Shown piece after piece: positions 8,717 to 18,853 of a stretch of DNA of 64,000 nt. The stretch lies in assembly GCA_949283935.1 (NCBI GenBank), contig CASDUJ010000021.1:107627-171626 (forward strand). The letters run 5' to 3'. Position 1 is the first letter of the stretch. The number at the start of each line of letters is the position of its first letter. This stretch comes from an uncultured bacterium. Lineage in GTDB: Bacteria; Cyanobacteriota; Vampirovibrionia; Gastranaerophilales; JAILCC01. A program made the translations under genes and the position numbers. The notes under the pieces were generated by a model that saw only the letters and a program-made list of their open reading frames with translations, did no database searches and was not told the origin of the DNA.

Positions 8717-9829
8717 CTATCTAACTATCTTATTTACTTTTTCAACAAAAGGGCGTTTAACTATTTTGGCCTCGTGTAATTTGTCTCTTATTTTTATATA
8801 TATTTTATCATCTATTTTAAAAGAATTGTCAATATATGCAAGTCCTATGTTTACGTTTAGAGTTGGAGATACTCCTCCGCTTGTAACAATTCCAATTTTT
8901 TCATCATTAGCGTAAATTTCATACCCATGTCGGGCTATCGCTTTGTCCGCCATTACAAAGCCTATAAGCTTCTTTTGAGGGGGGGTTATTAATTGGTCTT
9001 TAATTCTTTCCTTTCCGTTGTAGTAATGGGTTTTATTTTTTGCAATAGACCATGCTAAAGATGCCTCAATTGGAGTAGTTTCTTCTGTCATGTCTTGCCC
9101 ATAAAGTAGCATTGCTGCTTCTAATCTTAATGTGTCACGTGCTCCAAGTCCTATTGGTTTTATTTCATATTCTATACCTGATTTAAGTAATAATTCCCAG
9201 AGTTCTACAACTTTTTCATTTTTTATCAAAATCTCGAAGCCATCTTCTCCTGTGTATCCTGTCCTTGAAATCATTAAAGTTGTCCCTAGTAATTCAAATT
9301 CTCTAAAATTGTAATACAAAGGCTGAGAATCTTTTTTAATTCCAATTTTATCAAGTAAATCTGATGAGTGAGGCCCTTGGAGAGCTAATAGAGAAAATTT
9401 TTCTGTTATATCGTTTATTTTTACATTAAAACGTTCTTTCTTCGCATTGTCTTCTATCCAATTTAAATCTTCATTTATTCTGGATGCATTAATTACTATA
9501 AGATATTTCGTGTCGTTGTATTTGTATATCAGTAAGTCATCTATTATTCCACCGTTTTTATTTGTTATTTGCCCATACATTATTTGCTTGTTGTTTAATG
9601 TATATATGTCTTGAGGTACAAGAATTTGTAATAATTCTACAGCATCCTCTCCTTCCAAAAAAATTTCTCCCATATGAGAAACATCAAAAATCCCAACTTT
9701 TGTTCTTACACATTTGTGTTCTTCTAAAATGCCAGAGTATTGTATAGGCATGTCCCATCCGGCAAAAGCCTGCATTTTGCCTCCCAGTTCAATATGTTTT
9801 TGATGTAAAGGAGTTTTTTTTGCTTCCAT
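8717..9829 (-). CDS. gcvT: aminomethyltransferase (glycine cleavage T protein)
   Basis: KTPLHQKHIELGGKMQAFAGWDMPIQY and the GcvT fold length. Start moved to Met-12 of the tracked ORF (ATG at 9829 preceded by AGGAG); the longer ORF would overlap the upstream gene. Confidence 0.9.
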   Translation of the reverse strand: MEAKKTPLHQKHIELGGKMQAFAGWDMPIQYSGILEEHKCVRTKVGIFDVSHMGEIFLEGEDAVELLQILVPQDIYTLNNKQIMYGQITNKNGGIIDDLLIYKYNDTKYLIVINASRINEDLNWIEDNAKKERFNVKINDITEKFSLLALQGPHSSDLLDKIGIKKDSQPLYYNFREFELLGTTLMISRTGYTGEDGFEILIKNEKVVELWELLLKSGIEYEIKPIGLGARDTLRLEAAMLLYGQDMTEETTPIEASLAWSIAKNKTHYYNGKERIKDQLITPPQKKLIGFVMADKAIARHGYEIYANDEKIGIVTSGGVSPTLNVNIGLAYIDNSFKIDDKIYIKIRDKLHEAKIVKRPFVEKVNKIVR

Positions 9830-9839
9830 AGTTTTTCTC

Positions 9840-12071
9840 CTATGCCTTCGCCCAGTTGTCATATATTTCTGCCGCGTAAGCTTTGGCTTTTTTGTAGTAA
9901 TCTTCGTCTATGTATTTTTTGTATGTTTCAGTCAAATTACCGCTATATGTGCCTAGTTTCGTTGCGTATTCAAGAATTTTTTCTTTGTTTAAGCCTGCAC
10001 TGTACGCTTTTGTTTTGGCGTCAGTTCCTGATGGTCGAATTTCTACATATTTATCCTTAAATTCTAAATATGTTCCATCTCCTACAAATTTAACATCTTT
10101 TAAATCTGAAAAATCTAAGTCCCAAAATATTTCTGATAAAATTTCTTTTATATTTTCTATTTTAATTATTCCATCTTTTTTAGCTAAAGCCATACTTAAA
10201 TAAAATAAATCATTTTTTGTCCTTAATTCTTCTCCAGCTTTCTTTTCTGCTTTTAGTTTATCTATATCACTTTCGCTTTCATTGTAATAACTTATATCTT
10301 TTCTAACATCAAATTTCCCATTTATTTCGTTATTTATAAATACTTCTTTTAAATAATCTGATAAAAATTTTCCGGATTTTTCAAGAGATGCCACTAGTGC
10401 CGAAGCTACTAAAATGGCTTCTGTTGCGCTCTTTTCTCTCATTGCTAAAGCTTTTCTGCCATTTTTGCTTATAATCATATTTTCAGAGCCAATTATCATT
10501 CCCCCTGATTCTTCTCCTGCAAAAATTAATCTGGGTTCTTTTCCAAGATATATGTCTTTTCCAAATACATCGTTGATTATAACTTCTTTTCCTTCCGCAA
10601 TTTGTTTTTCAGCTTTTTTTAATATATTTGCGATTTCTTTAAATCCTACTGGCACATTGACTGCTTTTACGCCATTTTTTTGTGCCCATTCGTCCCAAGA
10701 TAGAGCTGAAGCTGTTGTCTTTATAATAAATCTGGGGTGTTTATCCCAAATGCCTTGCTCTTTTAAACCTTTTGCCCAAAAATTCATTATCATTAGAAAT
10801 GCTTGATTAGCCGTGTATACACATAAAATTCTGTCATCGTTTAATGGTACAAAATCTATTCCGTTTGCTTTTAGCCTTGTTTCATTATTCTTTGTTTCAA
10901 TTTGAGTAATAGTTAGCCTGTCATGATCTGGGTCAGTTATTAATATAACGCTACCTAAAGGGGCATCTTTTAATACTTTGTCGTAATTTAAAGTTTCTAT
11001 AACAGGCATTTTAACGGTTCCATCAGAAGATTTTAATATAACAGCTGCGTCTACTGAATAATCATAAAAAGTTCTGTTACCTTTGGGGTCAAATTTTGAT
11101 TTCCCTATTGAATGAAAAAATGGATCTTCTTCTGTGTTAAGCCATTTAAATGAGTTTTCTATGTTTAAAATTTTTAGAATTTTATTTAATGTCCTGTAAG
11201 CACTTCCTCCTACGCTTTCTATGTAGATTTTCTCTTTTATATTTCTTATTAAATTTATATTCTGCTCGTTGGCTACTCCATCTTTTAAGTAATCTGTGTA
11301 TAGATTTATTCCGTTATTAATATAATTCATTTCTTCTGTGTCTATGTTTGGGTTATTTGTGTCTGAAAATTTTATTTCATATTTCCCTTCTTCTTCTGTT
11401 TGCTTAAAAATTTGTCTGATTTTTTCTACAAATTCCATAGATTCTTCTGGTAAATATTGACTTCCTTGATCATTTAAATCTTTCGTTGCATTTTTTACAC
11501 TTATTCCGTGACTTGATGTTATGTATTCTCCTCCCGCCAAATCTAATTTGTAAGCTAAAAATGAAGCAAGCCAAATTGGTATTGTCTCAAAATCTTTAGC
11601 AACAAGTGTTTTGATATTTTGTCCAGCTTGAATTCTTGCTATTATTTGCATAAAATCTTTTGAATTGTATCTTACTTCTCTTCCTAATATTTTCTTTATT
11701 TCTTTATTTGGAAATTTTTCTTTTAGTACTAATGCTTTAGCTAAAGTAGCAAGAGTTATGCCTATTGTGTTTATTGGAAATCTTGTATCATGCGGGTATA
11801 AAATGTTTTGCGGACCTCTAATTCCTGCAGTTGAAACTCTTGCTTCTTTTTCATAATTTTTAAACCATTCGTATAAGTTTAGTCCAAGAGGATTTTCTAT
11901 CTTGTCGTAGGGAGTAAGGTGTTCCTTTCTTAATGTAAAAGTAAATTCGTTTGGGTTATCTATATCTAACAAATTATTTTCTTTAATGTATTGTGGGGTG
12001 TTGTTTTCTACTCCTTCAAATAATTCTTTTTCAAGTTCGCAACTTGGAGTTTTTCCGTTGTATTCTCTCAT
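9840..12071 (-). CDS. large atypical alpha-D-phosphohexomutase superfamily protein
   Basis: The four family loops are recognisable: STAGIRG, a Ser loop ITSSHG (instead of TASHNP), the metal loop TDPDHDR, the sugar loop GEESGG and the phosphate loop RPSGTDAKTK. At 743 aa it is about 150-250 aa longer than usual. Confidence 0.65.
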   Translation of the reverse strand: MREYNGKTPSCELEKELFEGVENNTPQYIKENNLLDIDNPNEFTFTLRKEHLTPYDKIENPLGLNLYEWFKNYEKEARVSTAGIRGPQNILYPHDTRFPINTIGITLATLAKALVLKEKFPNKEIKKILGREVRYNSKDFMQIIARIQAGQNIKTLVAKDFETIPIWLASFLAYKLDLAGGEYITSSHGISVKNATKDLNDQGSQYLPEESMEFVEKIRQIFKQTEEEGKYEIKFSDTNNPNIDTEEMNYINNGINLYTDYLKDGVANEQNINLIRNIKEKIYIESVGGSAYRTLNKILKILNIENSFKWLNTEEDPFFHSIGKSKFDPKGNRTFYDYSVDAAVILKSSDGTVKMPVIETLNYDKVLKDAPLGSVILITDPDHDRLTITQIETKNNETRLKANGIDFVPLNDDRILCVYTANQAFLMIMNFWAKGLKEQGIWDKHPRFIIKTTASALSWDEWAQKNGVKAVNVPVGFKEIANILKKAEKQIAEGKEVIINDVFGKDIYLGKEPRLIFAGEESGGMIIGSENMIISKNGRKALAMREKSATEAILVASALVASLEKSGKFLSDYLKEVFINNEINGKFDVRKDISYYNESESDIDKLKAEKKAGEELRTKNDLFYLSMALAKKDGIIKIENIKEILSEIFWDLDFSDLKDVKFVGDGTYLEFKDKYVEIRPSGTDAKTKAYSAGLNKEKILEYATKLGTYSGNLTETYKKYIDEDYYKKAKAYAAEIYDNWAKA

Positions 12072-12196
12072 GATTTTCTCTCTTTTTATCTATTTATCTT
12101 TCTTTAAAGATTACCACAGAATAAGTTCTATTTGAAGTTTGTTAAGTCTTATAAATCTTATTTTCTTGGTTTTGCTAAAAACAAAAAACTAAACCA

Positions 12197-12219
12197 AATC
12201 TAAGCCATAAGCTTGGATT
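12197..12219 (-). terminator. weak hairpin downstream of the 12251-12508 gene
   Basis: aatctaagc / cataa / gcttggatt (9-bp stem with one G-U), followed on the minus strand by a T-rich run a few nt away. Confidence 0.35.
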
Positions 12220-12250
12220 GTTCGCCAAAATTTTTTTTGTTTATAAAAAT

Positions 12251-12508
12251 TTATTCTAATAATTGGTCAATGTTTGAAGATGATTCTTCAGATTCTGCTA
12301 ATTCCAGCATTTTATACACCATATATGCTCCAAGGGCTACAGCTTTTGGATCTAAATCTGTGTTTGATGCAATATCTACAATTGCTTGATTAATTTCAGG
12401 GTTTTCTTCTTTTATGTAATGTATCATATTCTTGCGCCAAGAGTGGATGTCATTTAATATAGCAGTGAATACAATATCTTTTTGGTCTTCATTTATTAAT
12501 GGTAGCAT
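12251..12508 (-). CDS. hypothetical small acidic protein
   Basis: 85-aa ORF on the same strand as its neighbours, with coding-like composition. No motif recognised. Confidence 0.5.
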   Translation of the reverse strand: MLPLINEDQKDIVFTAILNDIHSWRKNMIHYIKEENPEINQAIVDIASNTDLDPKAVALGAYMVYKMLELAESEESSSNIDQLLE

Positions 12509-12565
12509 ATATTCCTCTTTTTGTATTCAAAATTTTAACATTTTCATTTTAACTTGTATAGTAAT

Positions 12566-12826
12566 TTACAAATAATTTTCCTCTTGAAGTGCTACGCCAG
12601 CTATTTGAGTATCTAGCAAACAAAAATTTTTGACAGGTCCTTTTGCCTGTTTTTCAATAATCTTTGGCATAGAAACATTAGCTGATTTGATTGCTTTTTT
12701 TAAATCTTCGTATAATTCTTCTGGATTGTCTACGTATAAAACCAAAGGTGGAGCCGAGTGCTTCATTAACACTAGAACTGCTTTTCTTGTTTTTACTTGT
12801 GGTGTATTTTGAAAGTGTTGCGACAT
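12566..12826 (-). CDS. hypothetical small protein
   Basis: 86-aa ORF with a GGGGG RBS-like run upstream (revcomp of cccccttt at 12831-12838). No motif recognised. Confidence 0.5.
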   Translation of the reverse strand: MSQHFQNTPQVKTRKAVLVLMKHSAPPLVLYVDNPEELYEDLKKAIKSANVSMPKIIEKQAKGPVKNFCLLDTQIAGVALQEENYL

Positions 12827-12938
12827 ATTTCCCCCTTTATAATCTTTTTAATAATAAACTTCTATGTTTCAATTTGCATCATATAATTGCATTATTTTTG
12901 TGGTATTATTCTTTATGTATTTTTTGTAAGGATAAATT

Positions 12939-13283
12939 ATGAAAATAATATGTTCAATTATCTCTGTTTTATTTTTCTTAGCTTTTGTTGCTTTAACTTA
13001 TTTAATGCAAAATAATACTTTGTTGCCAAATGTTAATTCTTTCCCGTCTTTAAATGCTGTTATTTATTCTATTTTAATAGCTATTCTTGCCTTTTTGTCA
13101 GGATTTGTGCTTAATCAAGGCAAAATTGAAGAGCTCAAAGCTGATACAACAAAGCAAATGCGAAAAGCGGAAAAATCTAATATTGATACAAAAGAAAGTT
13201 TGGATAAAATTGATAGACTTAATGCAAAAATTGAAACTCTTGAAATTGCACTCCAAGAAGCTTTAAAAAATAAAAAAGGATAA
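12939..13283 (+). CDS. two-TM membrane protein with C-terminal coiled coil (LapA/DUF1049-like architecture)
   Basis: Two hydrophobic helices (IICSIISVLFFLAFVALTYL, VIYSILIAILAFLSGFVL) followed by a charged heptad-like tail. AAGGA RBS upstream. Confidence 0.55.
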   Translation: MKIICSIISVLFFLAFVALTYLMQNNTLLPNVNSFPSLNAVIYSILIAILAFLSGFVLNQGKIEELKADTTKQMRKAEKSNIDTKESLDKIDRLNAKIETLEIALQEALKNKKG

Positions 13284-13289
13284 TGTCTA

Positions 13290-14378
13290 ATGCAAGAAAA
13301 AAAGGTTGCTGTTGTCCTATATCATTATACAGAAAAAAATTTCCAAAGTGGTGGAGAAAAAGTTAATTTTTTTATTGTAAAAGTTTTAAATGAACTGGGA
13401 TTTTCTCTCGATTTGTTCTGTAAAAAACTTGATGATTCTAATTCCCTATTCTTTAAAAATATCTATTGCAATGAAAATATTCAATTTGATCAACAAGAAT
13501 ATTTATTTTCTATTGGGGAAAATCTGTCATTTCCTAGAACTTTTTTGTATATTCACGAAAATACTCGTCACTTTCAAAATAAGTATACAAGAAATAATTT
13601 TACTAGATTTATACAAAAAATTTTTTCTCCTAAACGTGCAAAATTAATAAAAAAGAGACTTGATAATGAATATATTTCTGTAAAAAATTCCAAATTTTTA
13701 TTGCTTCCTTCTAGTATTGTTAAAAATGATTTGCTTGAGTTTTTTGATATTGAAGAAAATAAGGTTTTTCTTCTTCCTCCTCCTATTGAAGAAAAAAACT
13801 TTCAATTTGAAAATAACATTAATAATGCCATTTTTACTTTTGGTCTTTCAGCAAGAGGATTTGCAAATAAAGGCGGATGGAATCTTATTTTAGCTGCATT
13901 TTTACTTAAGTTAATTGGGGAAAAATTTAGAATTTTGATAATATATCCTTTTACAAAAACTTTAAAATTTGTTGAATTTTTTGTTGCTATATTAGGTCTT
14001 GCTTCAAATATTAAATTTTTAGACTATTGCTCAGATATGAACCAATTTTATTCTAAAATTGATTGTTTGATTTTGGCCTCAAAAAGAGAAGCTTTTGGGT
14101 TAGTTGCTCCTGAAGCTATGATAAGGAAAATACCTGTTATTGTTAATTCAAGATGTGGAATCTGTGATTTTATCCAAGATGAAAAAAATGGTTTTGTTTA
14201 TGACTACGATAAACCTCTGATTAATCTTTTCAAAAAAATGAAATATGTTTTAAATAATAAAAATAACCTTACTTTTGTTAAAAATAATTCAGTGAAAATT
14301 GGAGAGCAACTTAATTATGCGAATTTCAAAAATCAATTTAAAAATATTCTTGTAAAAGTAGGATTTTTATCGAGCTAA
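13290..14378 (+). CDS. glycosyltransferase family 1 (GT4-type, GT-B fold)
   Basis: C-terminal EAFGLVAPEAMIRKIPVIVNS..G..DFI.DEKNGFVYD matches the EX7E-type GT1 nucleotide-sugar binding region. Confidence 0.75.
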   Translation: MQEKKVAVVLYHYTEKNFQSGGEKVNFFIVKVLNELGFSLDLFCKKLDDSNSLFFKNIYCNENIQFDQQEYLFSIGENLSFPRTFLYIHENTRHFQNKYTRNNFTRFIQKIFSPKRAKLIKKRLDNEYISVKNSKFLLLPSSIVKNDLLEFFDIEENKVFLLPPPIEEKNFQFENNINNAIFTFGLSARGFANKGGWNLILAAFLLKLIGEKFRILIIYPFTKTLKFVEFFVAILGLASNIKFLDYCSDMNQFYSKIDCLILASKREAFGLVAPEAMIRKIPVIVNSRCGICDFIQDEKNGFVYDYDKPLINLFKKMKYVLNNKNNLTFVKNNSVKIGEQLNYANFKNQFKNILVKVGFLSS

Positions 14379-14777
14379 ATTTATTTTGCCTTTTACTTTA
14401 TATTTGCCTTCTGTTACTATGATAAAACTTTCTCCATTGTTGTATGTGTGAAATTCTGCCGTGTTTATCTTTAATGCCTGTTCTAAAATTTTTGTTTCTG
14501 TTATTTCTATAGAAAATATTTCTTTATCTGCCTCAAAAATTAAAATTTCTTGCCTGCTTATTGATATTCCTGCTAAATAATGTCCTGATTTTATTATTTT
14601 ATTGTTTTTATCCATTATATCCCTTGGCAAAGTTAAACTTGCAAGCTTGCTTGCTGGTGGCGCAAAACGAGGATATTTATCGGCTTCCTTTACTCCTGAT
14701 GGATACATCATATGACCAGACATATCCATAGGATTATATATTCCAATTGCTGCTATCAACAAAATTTCTGTTATCAT
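14367..14777 (-). CDS. hypothetical protein (N-terminal hydrophobic segment)
   Basis: 136-aa ORF starting 1 nt after the mnmE stop on the same strand. No motif recognised. Confidence 0.5.
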   Translation of the reverse strand: MITEILLIAAIGIYNPMDMSGHMMYPSGVKEADKYPRFAPPASKLASLTLPRDIMDKNNKIIKSGHYLAGISISRQEILIFEADKEIFSIEITETKILEQALKINTAEFHTYNNGESFIIVTEGKYKVKGKINLAR

Positions 14778-14778
14778 T

Positions 14779-16152
14779 TTATTTGCCTATACAAAATTTA
14801 TCAAATATTTGGTTTATAATCTCTTGGGTTACATCATCACCTGTTATTTCTCCTAAATGCATAAGTGCTGCTTTTATGTCTATTGCAATAAAATCTTGCT
14901 CAACTTTGTTTGTTGTTCCTATTAGTGCATTTTTTAGCGCAACTTTTGACCTTTCTAAGGCTTCCTGTTGCCTAGCATTTGTTAGAAATTCATTATTTTC
15001 GTTATCAATTTCTTGCGTAATTAACTTTGTAATTGCTTCTATTAGCTCAGATAATCCTTCTTTTTTTATATTGGAAATTTTTATTGCATTCTCAAAGTGG
15101 TCGTTTTTATGAGGAAGATCAGTTTTTGTTCCAACAATTAGAAATTTTTTATTTTTCACTAAATTAAATATTTCTTCATCTTCTTCTGTTATTTGGGAAC
15201 TTAAATCTGTTACGAAAATTATCGCATCTGCATCTTCAATTGAGCGTTTTGAATATTCTATTCCTATATTTTCAACCTTGTTTGCTTCTGTTGTCTCTTC
15301 TATTTCTCTTATTCCTGCTGTGTCAATTAGTGTAACCGCAATCCCGTTTATGTCTATACTTTCACTTATAATGTCTCTCGTAGTTCCTGCTATGTCAGTT
15401 ACAATTGCCCTTTCATATTGTAATAAACTGTTAAATAAAGATGATTTCCCTACATTAGGTTTCCCTGCAATTGCAATTTTTACCCCTTGCCTCATTATGT
15501 TAGATGTCTTTGCCCCTGCAAGAACTTTGTCTATTTCTTTTATTATTTTTTTAATTTCATATGATATGTTTTCGTATTCAGGTTCTTCTACTTCTTCCGG
15601 AAAATCAATGGCTGCAACAATATGAGATAAAAGAGTTATTACTTCATTACGAATCTCTTGTATTTTTATTGAAAGGTTTCCGCAAAGGTTTTTGGCGCTC
15701 ATTTTGGCAAATTTTTGCGTCTTTGCTGCTATTATGTCTAGTACTGATTCTGCTCTGCTTAAATCTAATTTGCCATTAATAAATGCCCTTTTGGTAAATT
15801 CTCCCCGTTCTGCAATTCTAGCTCCGTTTTTTATTGTTAAGTCAAATATTGCTTTTGTTATATTTATTCCACCGTGACATTGGATTTCAAAAATATTTTC
15901 TCCTGTGTAACTTTTCGGGGCTTCAAAATACAAAACAATAACTTCATCTATGAGTGTGTCACCATCGTAAATAAAACCATGATTTATTGTGTTGGCTTTA
16001 AATTCTATTTGTTGGAATTTAGAATTTTTATAAAATATTTTTGATATTACTTCCTTTGCATTTGCCCCACTGAGCCTTATAATGCTTACTCCGCCTGTTC
16101 CTAATACTGTTGCTATTGCAGAAATTGTGTCATTAAGGCTATTTATCATCAC
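14779..16152 (-). CDS. mnmE: tRNA modification GTPase MnmE
   Basis: G-domain GKPNVGKSSLFN and DTAGIRE, with the C-terminal CIGK tetrapeptide. Follows yidC as in many bacteria. Confidence 0.9.
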   Translation of the reverse strand: MMINSLNDTISAIATVLGTGGVSIIRLSGANAKEVISKIFYKNSKFQQIEFKANTINHGFIYDGDTLIDEVIVLYFEAPKSYTGENIFEIQCHGGINITKAIFDLTIKNGARIAERGEFTKRAFINGKLDLSRAESVLDIIAAKTQKFAKMSAKNLCGNLSIKIQEIRNEVITLLSHIVAAIDFPEEVEEPEYENISYEIKKIIKEIDKVLAGAKTSNIMRQGVKIAIAGKPNVGKSSLFNSLLQYERAIVTDIAGTTRDIISESIDINGIAVTLIDTAGIREIEETTEANKVENIGIEYSKRSIEDADAIIFVTDLSSQITEEDEEIFNLVKNKKFLIVGTKTDLPHKNDHFENAIKISNIKKEGLSELIEAITKLITQEIDNENNEFLTNARQQEALERSKVALKNALIGTTNKVEQDFIAIDIKAALMHLGEITGDDVTQEIINQIFDKFCIGK

Positions 16153-17230
16153 TTATTTTCTTTGGTTCAATTTGTTTTGCATTATTTAAATCTATAGGAT
16201 CAATTTTTTGCGCTTTATTTGCTTCTTGCGCATCGAGTTGTTTGTTAACTATTATCGTTTGTATAATTTGTACAATATTGCTTACTATTAAATAAAGCAA
16301 TACACCTGCAGGAATTGGAAAAAAGAAAAACATAGCAGTAATCATAAAAGGCATTACTGTTCCCATTGTCTGTTGCATCGCTTGTTGTGTTGGGTCTGTG
16401 TTTTTTCCCATTGAAGTAGTAAATTTTGTTGCAAGCCACATGGAAATACCAAATAAAATAACTAAGAATAAAACATCATAATGAAATGTTGTTTCTGCTT
16501 TATCTGTTGGAACTGTTGCTATTAAATTACTGTCTTGACGCTCAAAAGATATAGTTTCAACTTCTTTTGTTGTATTGTTGATTACAGGAATAGTTGTTTC
16601 TTGAACTTTATTTAATTGTTCAAATTTTAGTTTTATATTGTCTAAAGGAATTTTAAAGTCTACTGGTTTTGCTGGTTCAATATCTCCTTGAATTTGCAAA
16701 GCTTTTTGAGGGTTATCGATTTTTACATTTTGTTTTGTCCCGTCGTTCATTGTTACTTCTATATTTTTAGGGATAGAAAATGTATCATGAATTCCTATAC
16801 TAAATGTTCCATCATTTGCTACACCTGTGTGACTTTTCATTGTATTATCAAGTCTTTGTATAAAAAAGAATGAGTTATTTCCTGCTACTTGAATAAATTG
16901 AGGACTCATAAGTGCGCTGTACAACAAAATAAATATAGGTAATTGAATTAATAAAGGCAAACAGCCAGAAAATGGATTGAATTTATGTTCTTTGTAAAAT
17001 TCCATCATTTTTTGTTGCATAACTTGCGGATTGTTTTTGTATCTGTCTTGAATGGCTTTCATTTTGGGCTGTAAATTTTGCATCATACGCATGCTTTTTT
17101 GCTGTTGTACATTGACTCCCCATAATGCACCTCTTACAATTAATGTGACTACTATAATTGCCCAGCCGTAACTGCCTACAATTTTTGCTATATATGTTAA
17201 TGCGTCTATTGTTAATTGTGTGAAATCCAA
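16139..17230 (-). CDS. yidC: membrane protein insertase YidC
   Basis: MQNLQPKMKAIQDRYKNNPQ...EFYKEHKFNPFSGCLPLLIQLPIFILLY is the conserved YidC/Oxa1 core. Confidence 0.85.
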   Translation of the reverse strand: MDFTQLTIDALTYIAKIVGSYGWAIIVVTLIVRGALWGVNVQQQKSMRMMQNLQPKMKAIQDRYKNNPQVMQQKMMEFYKEHKFNPFSGCLPLLIQLPIFILLYSALMSPQFIQVAGNNSFFFIQRLDNTMKSHTGVANDGTFSIGIHDTFSIPKNIEVTMNDGTKQNVKIDNPQKALQIQGDIEPAKPVDFKIPLDNIKLKFEQLNKVQETTIPVINNTTKEVETISFERQDSNLIATVPTDKAETTFHYDVLFLVILFGISMWLATKFTTSMGKNTDPTQQAMQQTMGTVMPFMITAMFFFFPIPAGVLLYLIVSNIVQIIQTIIVNKQLDAQEANKAQKIDPIDLNNAKQIEPKKISDDK

Positions 17231-17278
17231 TTTTTTATCCTCTTTATTCTCTCTAATAATTATATTTTACTATAAACA

Positions 17279-18853
17279 TTAATTTGCAGAAGATATTTCT
17301 TCTTTTTCTGCTTTTGATTCTCTATTTAGTGTAATAGGTTTTAGTTTGTATATTCCAATGTCGTATTTTATGCAATATGCTTTTAGTTCTTTTAATATAA
17401 TAGGTAGCATTATGTATATTGCTATTAGATTAGGTACGGCCATTGCAAACATCATTGCATCTGTAAAATCAATTACGCTTTTCATATTCATAGATGAACC
17501 TATTACAATAAAAATGCAAAATATTATTTGAAAAGATTTAATGGCCCAATTACTTTCTCCAAAAAGAAAAGACCAAGCTTTTATCCCATAATACGACCAA
17601 CTAATTAATGTAGATAAAGCAAATAAAATAATTACAATGGCTAGTAATGTTGGAAAAAAAGGAAATACTGAAGCAAAAGCTTCAGAAACCAGTGGAGCTC
17701 CTGTTAAATTAGGCGATTTAATGTATTGTTCTGTAATAACTACTATAAGACCAGTTAAATTACAAATTATTACAGTAGCTATGAAAGGTTCTAATAAAGA
17801 AACAAACCCTTGAGAAATTGGCTCTTTTGATTGCACTGCAGAATAAGCAATTGGTGCCGAACCTACACCTGCTTCGTTGGCTTGAACAGATCTGCGCATT
17901 CCCCATATGATACAGCCAATTATACCTCCTTCAACTGCTTTAGGGGCTATTGCTTGAGTTAATATTGTATAAAATGCACTCGGAATATTTTGCCAGTGCA
18001 TTGCAATAATAACAACACCAGCTAATAAATAGATGCAAACCATAACAGGAACAATTTTTTCCGTAACTTTTACTATACTTTTAATTCCTCCTATTGTTAT
18101 AATTCCAACTACAATTGCAATTGTTAAACCAAAAACCCAAGCATTGTTAGCAAAAAAACTGGTTTCGGTACCTCCTGTAATATATATTAATTGTTGTGTT
18201 GCCATATTGATTTGAAACATATTTCCTCCCCCAAATGCTTCAAAAATACAAGCAATAGAAAAGAAAATTGCTAAAGGTAAAGCTAACCAACGTAATTTCA
18301 TTTTTGTCAAACCATACATTATATAATACATTGGTCCACCTGATACCGTTCCATCAAAATTTACTTTTCTATATTTTACTCCCAATGTAGCTTCAGCAAA
18401 TTTTAAAGCCATGCCTAAAAGGCCGGCAATAACCATCCAAACTAAAGCTCCAGGACCTCCCATTGTTACAGCTACAGCTACTCCTGCTATATTCCCAAGC
18501 CCTACAGTACCAGAAAGAGCTGTCATAAGAGCTTGAAAAGAAGAAACTTCTCCTTCTTCTACAGTGTCCTCTTCAAGCTTATGTCTTCCGGTAACCACCT
18601 CAATAGCGTGTTTAAATCCCCAAATAGGTATACCTTTAGTAGCAATTACACAAACAATTCCACCAATAATCAACCAAACAATTATCAAAGGAATTTCTGC
18701 TCCTAAAATATGTATTGGGTAAAAAACTATTTTGTTTGATAAAAAGTCAGAAACGGGAGCAACCATTGAGTCTATTTTTTGGTCAATGGTCATTGCATTA
18801 CACTTAAAAACCGGCACCAAAAAACTTAAAACAAACAAAATAATTTTTTTCAT
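17279..18853 (-). CDS. alanine/glycine:cation symporter (AGCS family)
   Basis: SSFQALMTALSGTVGLGNIAGVAVAVTMGGPGALVWM is the AGCS signature. The protein is polytopic and 524 aa. Confidence 0.85.
   Translation of the reverse strand: MKKIILFVLSFLVPVFKCNAMTIDQKIDSMVAPVSDFLSNKIVFYPIHILGAEIPLIIVWLIIGGIVCVIATKGIPIWGFKHAIEVVTGRHKLEEDTVEEGEVSSFQALMTALSGTVGLGNIAGVAVAVTMGGPGALVWMVIAGLLGMALKFAEATLGVKYRKVNFDGTVSGGPMYYIMYGLTKMKLRWLALPLAIFFSIACIFEAFGGGNMFQINMATQQLIYITGGTETSFFANNAWVFGLTIAIVVGIITIGGIKSIVKVTEKIVPVMVCIYLLAGVVIIAMHWQNIPSAFYTILTQAIAPKAVEGGIIGCIIWGMRRSVQANEAGVGSAPIAYSAVQSKEPISQGFVSLLEPFIATVIICNLTGLIVVITEQYIKSPNLTGAPLVSEAFASVFPFFPTLLAIVIILFALSTLISWSYYGIKAWSFLFGESNWAIKSFQIIFCIFIVIGSSMNMKSVIDFTDAMMFAMAVPNLIAIYIMLPIILKELKAYCIKYDIGIYKLKPITLNRESKAEKEEISSAN

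Noticed and set aside
9830-9862. N-terminal extension of the gcvT ORF (MTTGRRHRRKT)
   Set aside because: It would overlap the 3' end of the upstream gene by 23 nt. The ATG at 9829 is preceded by AGGAG and gives the usual GcvT N-terminus.
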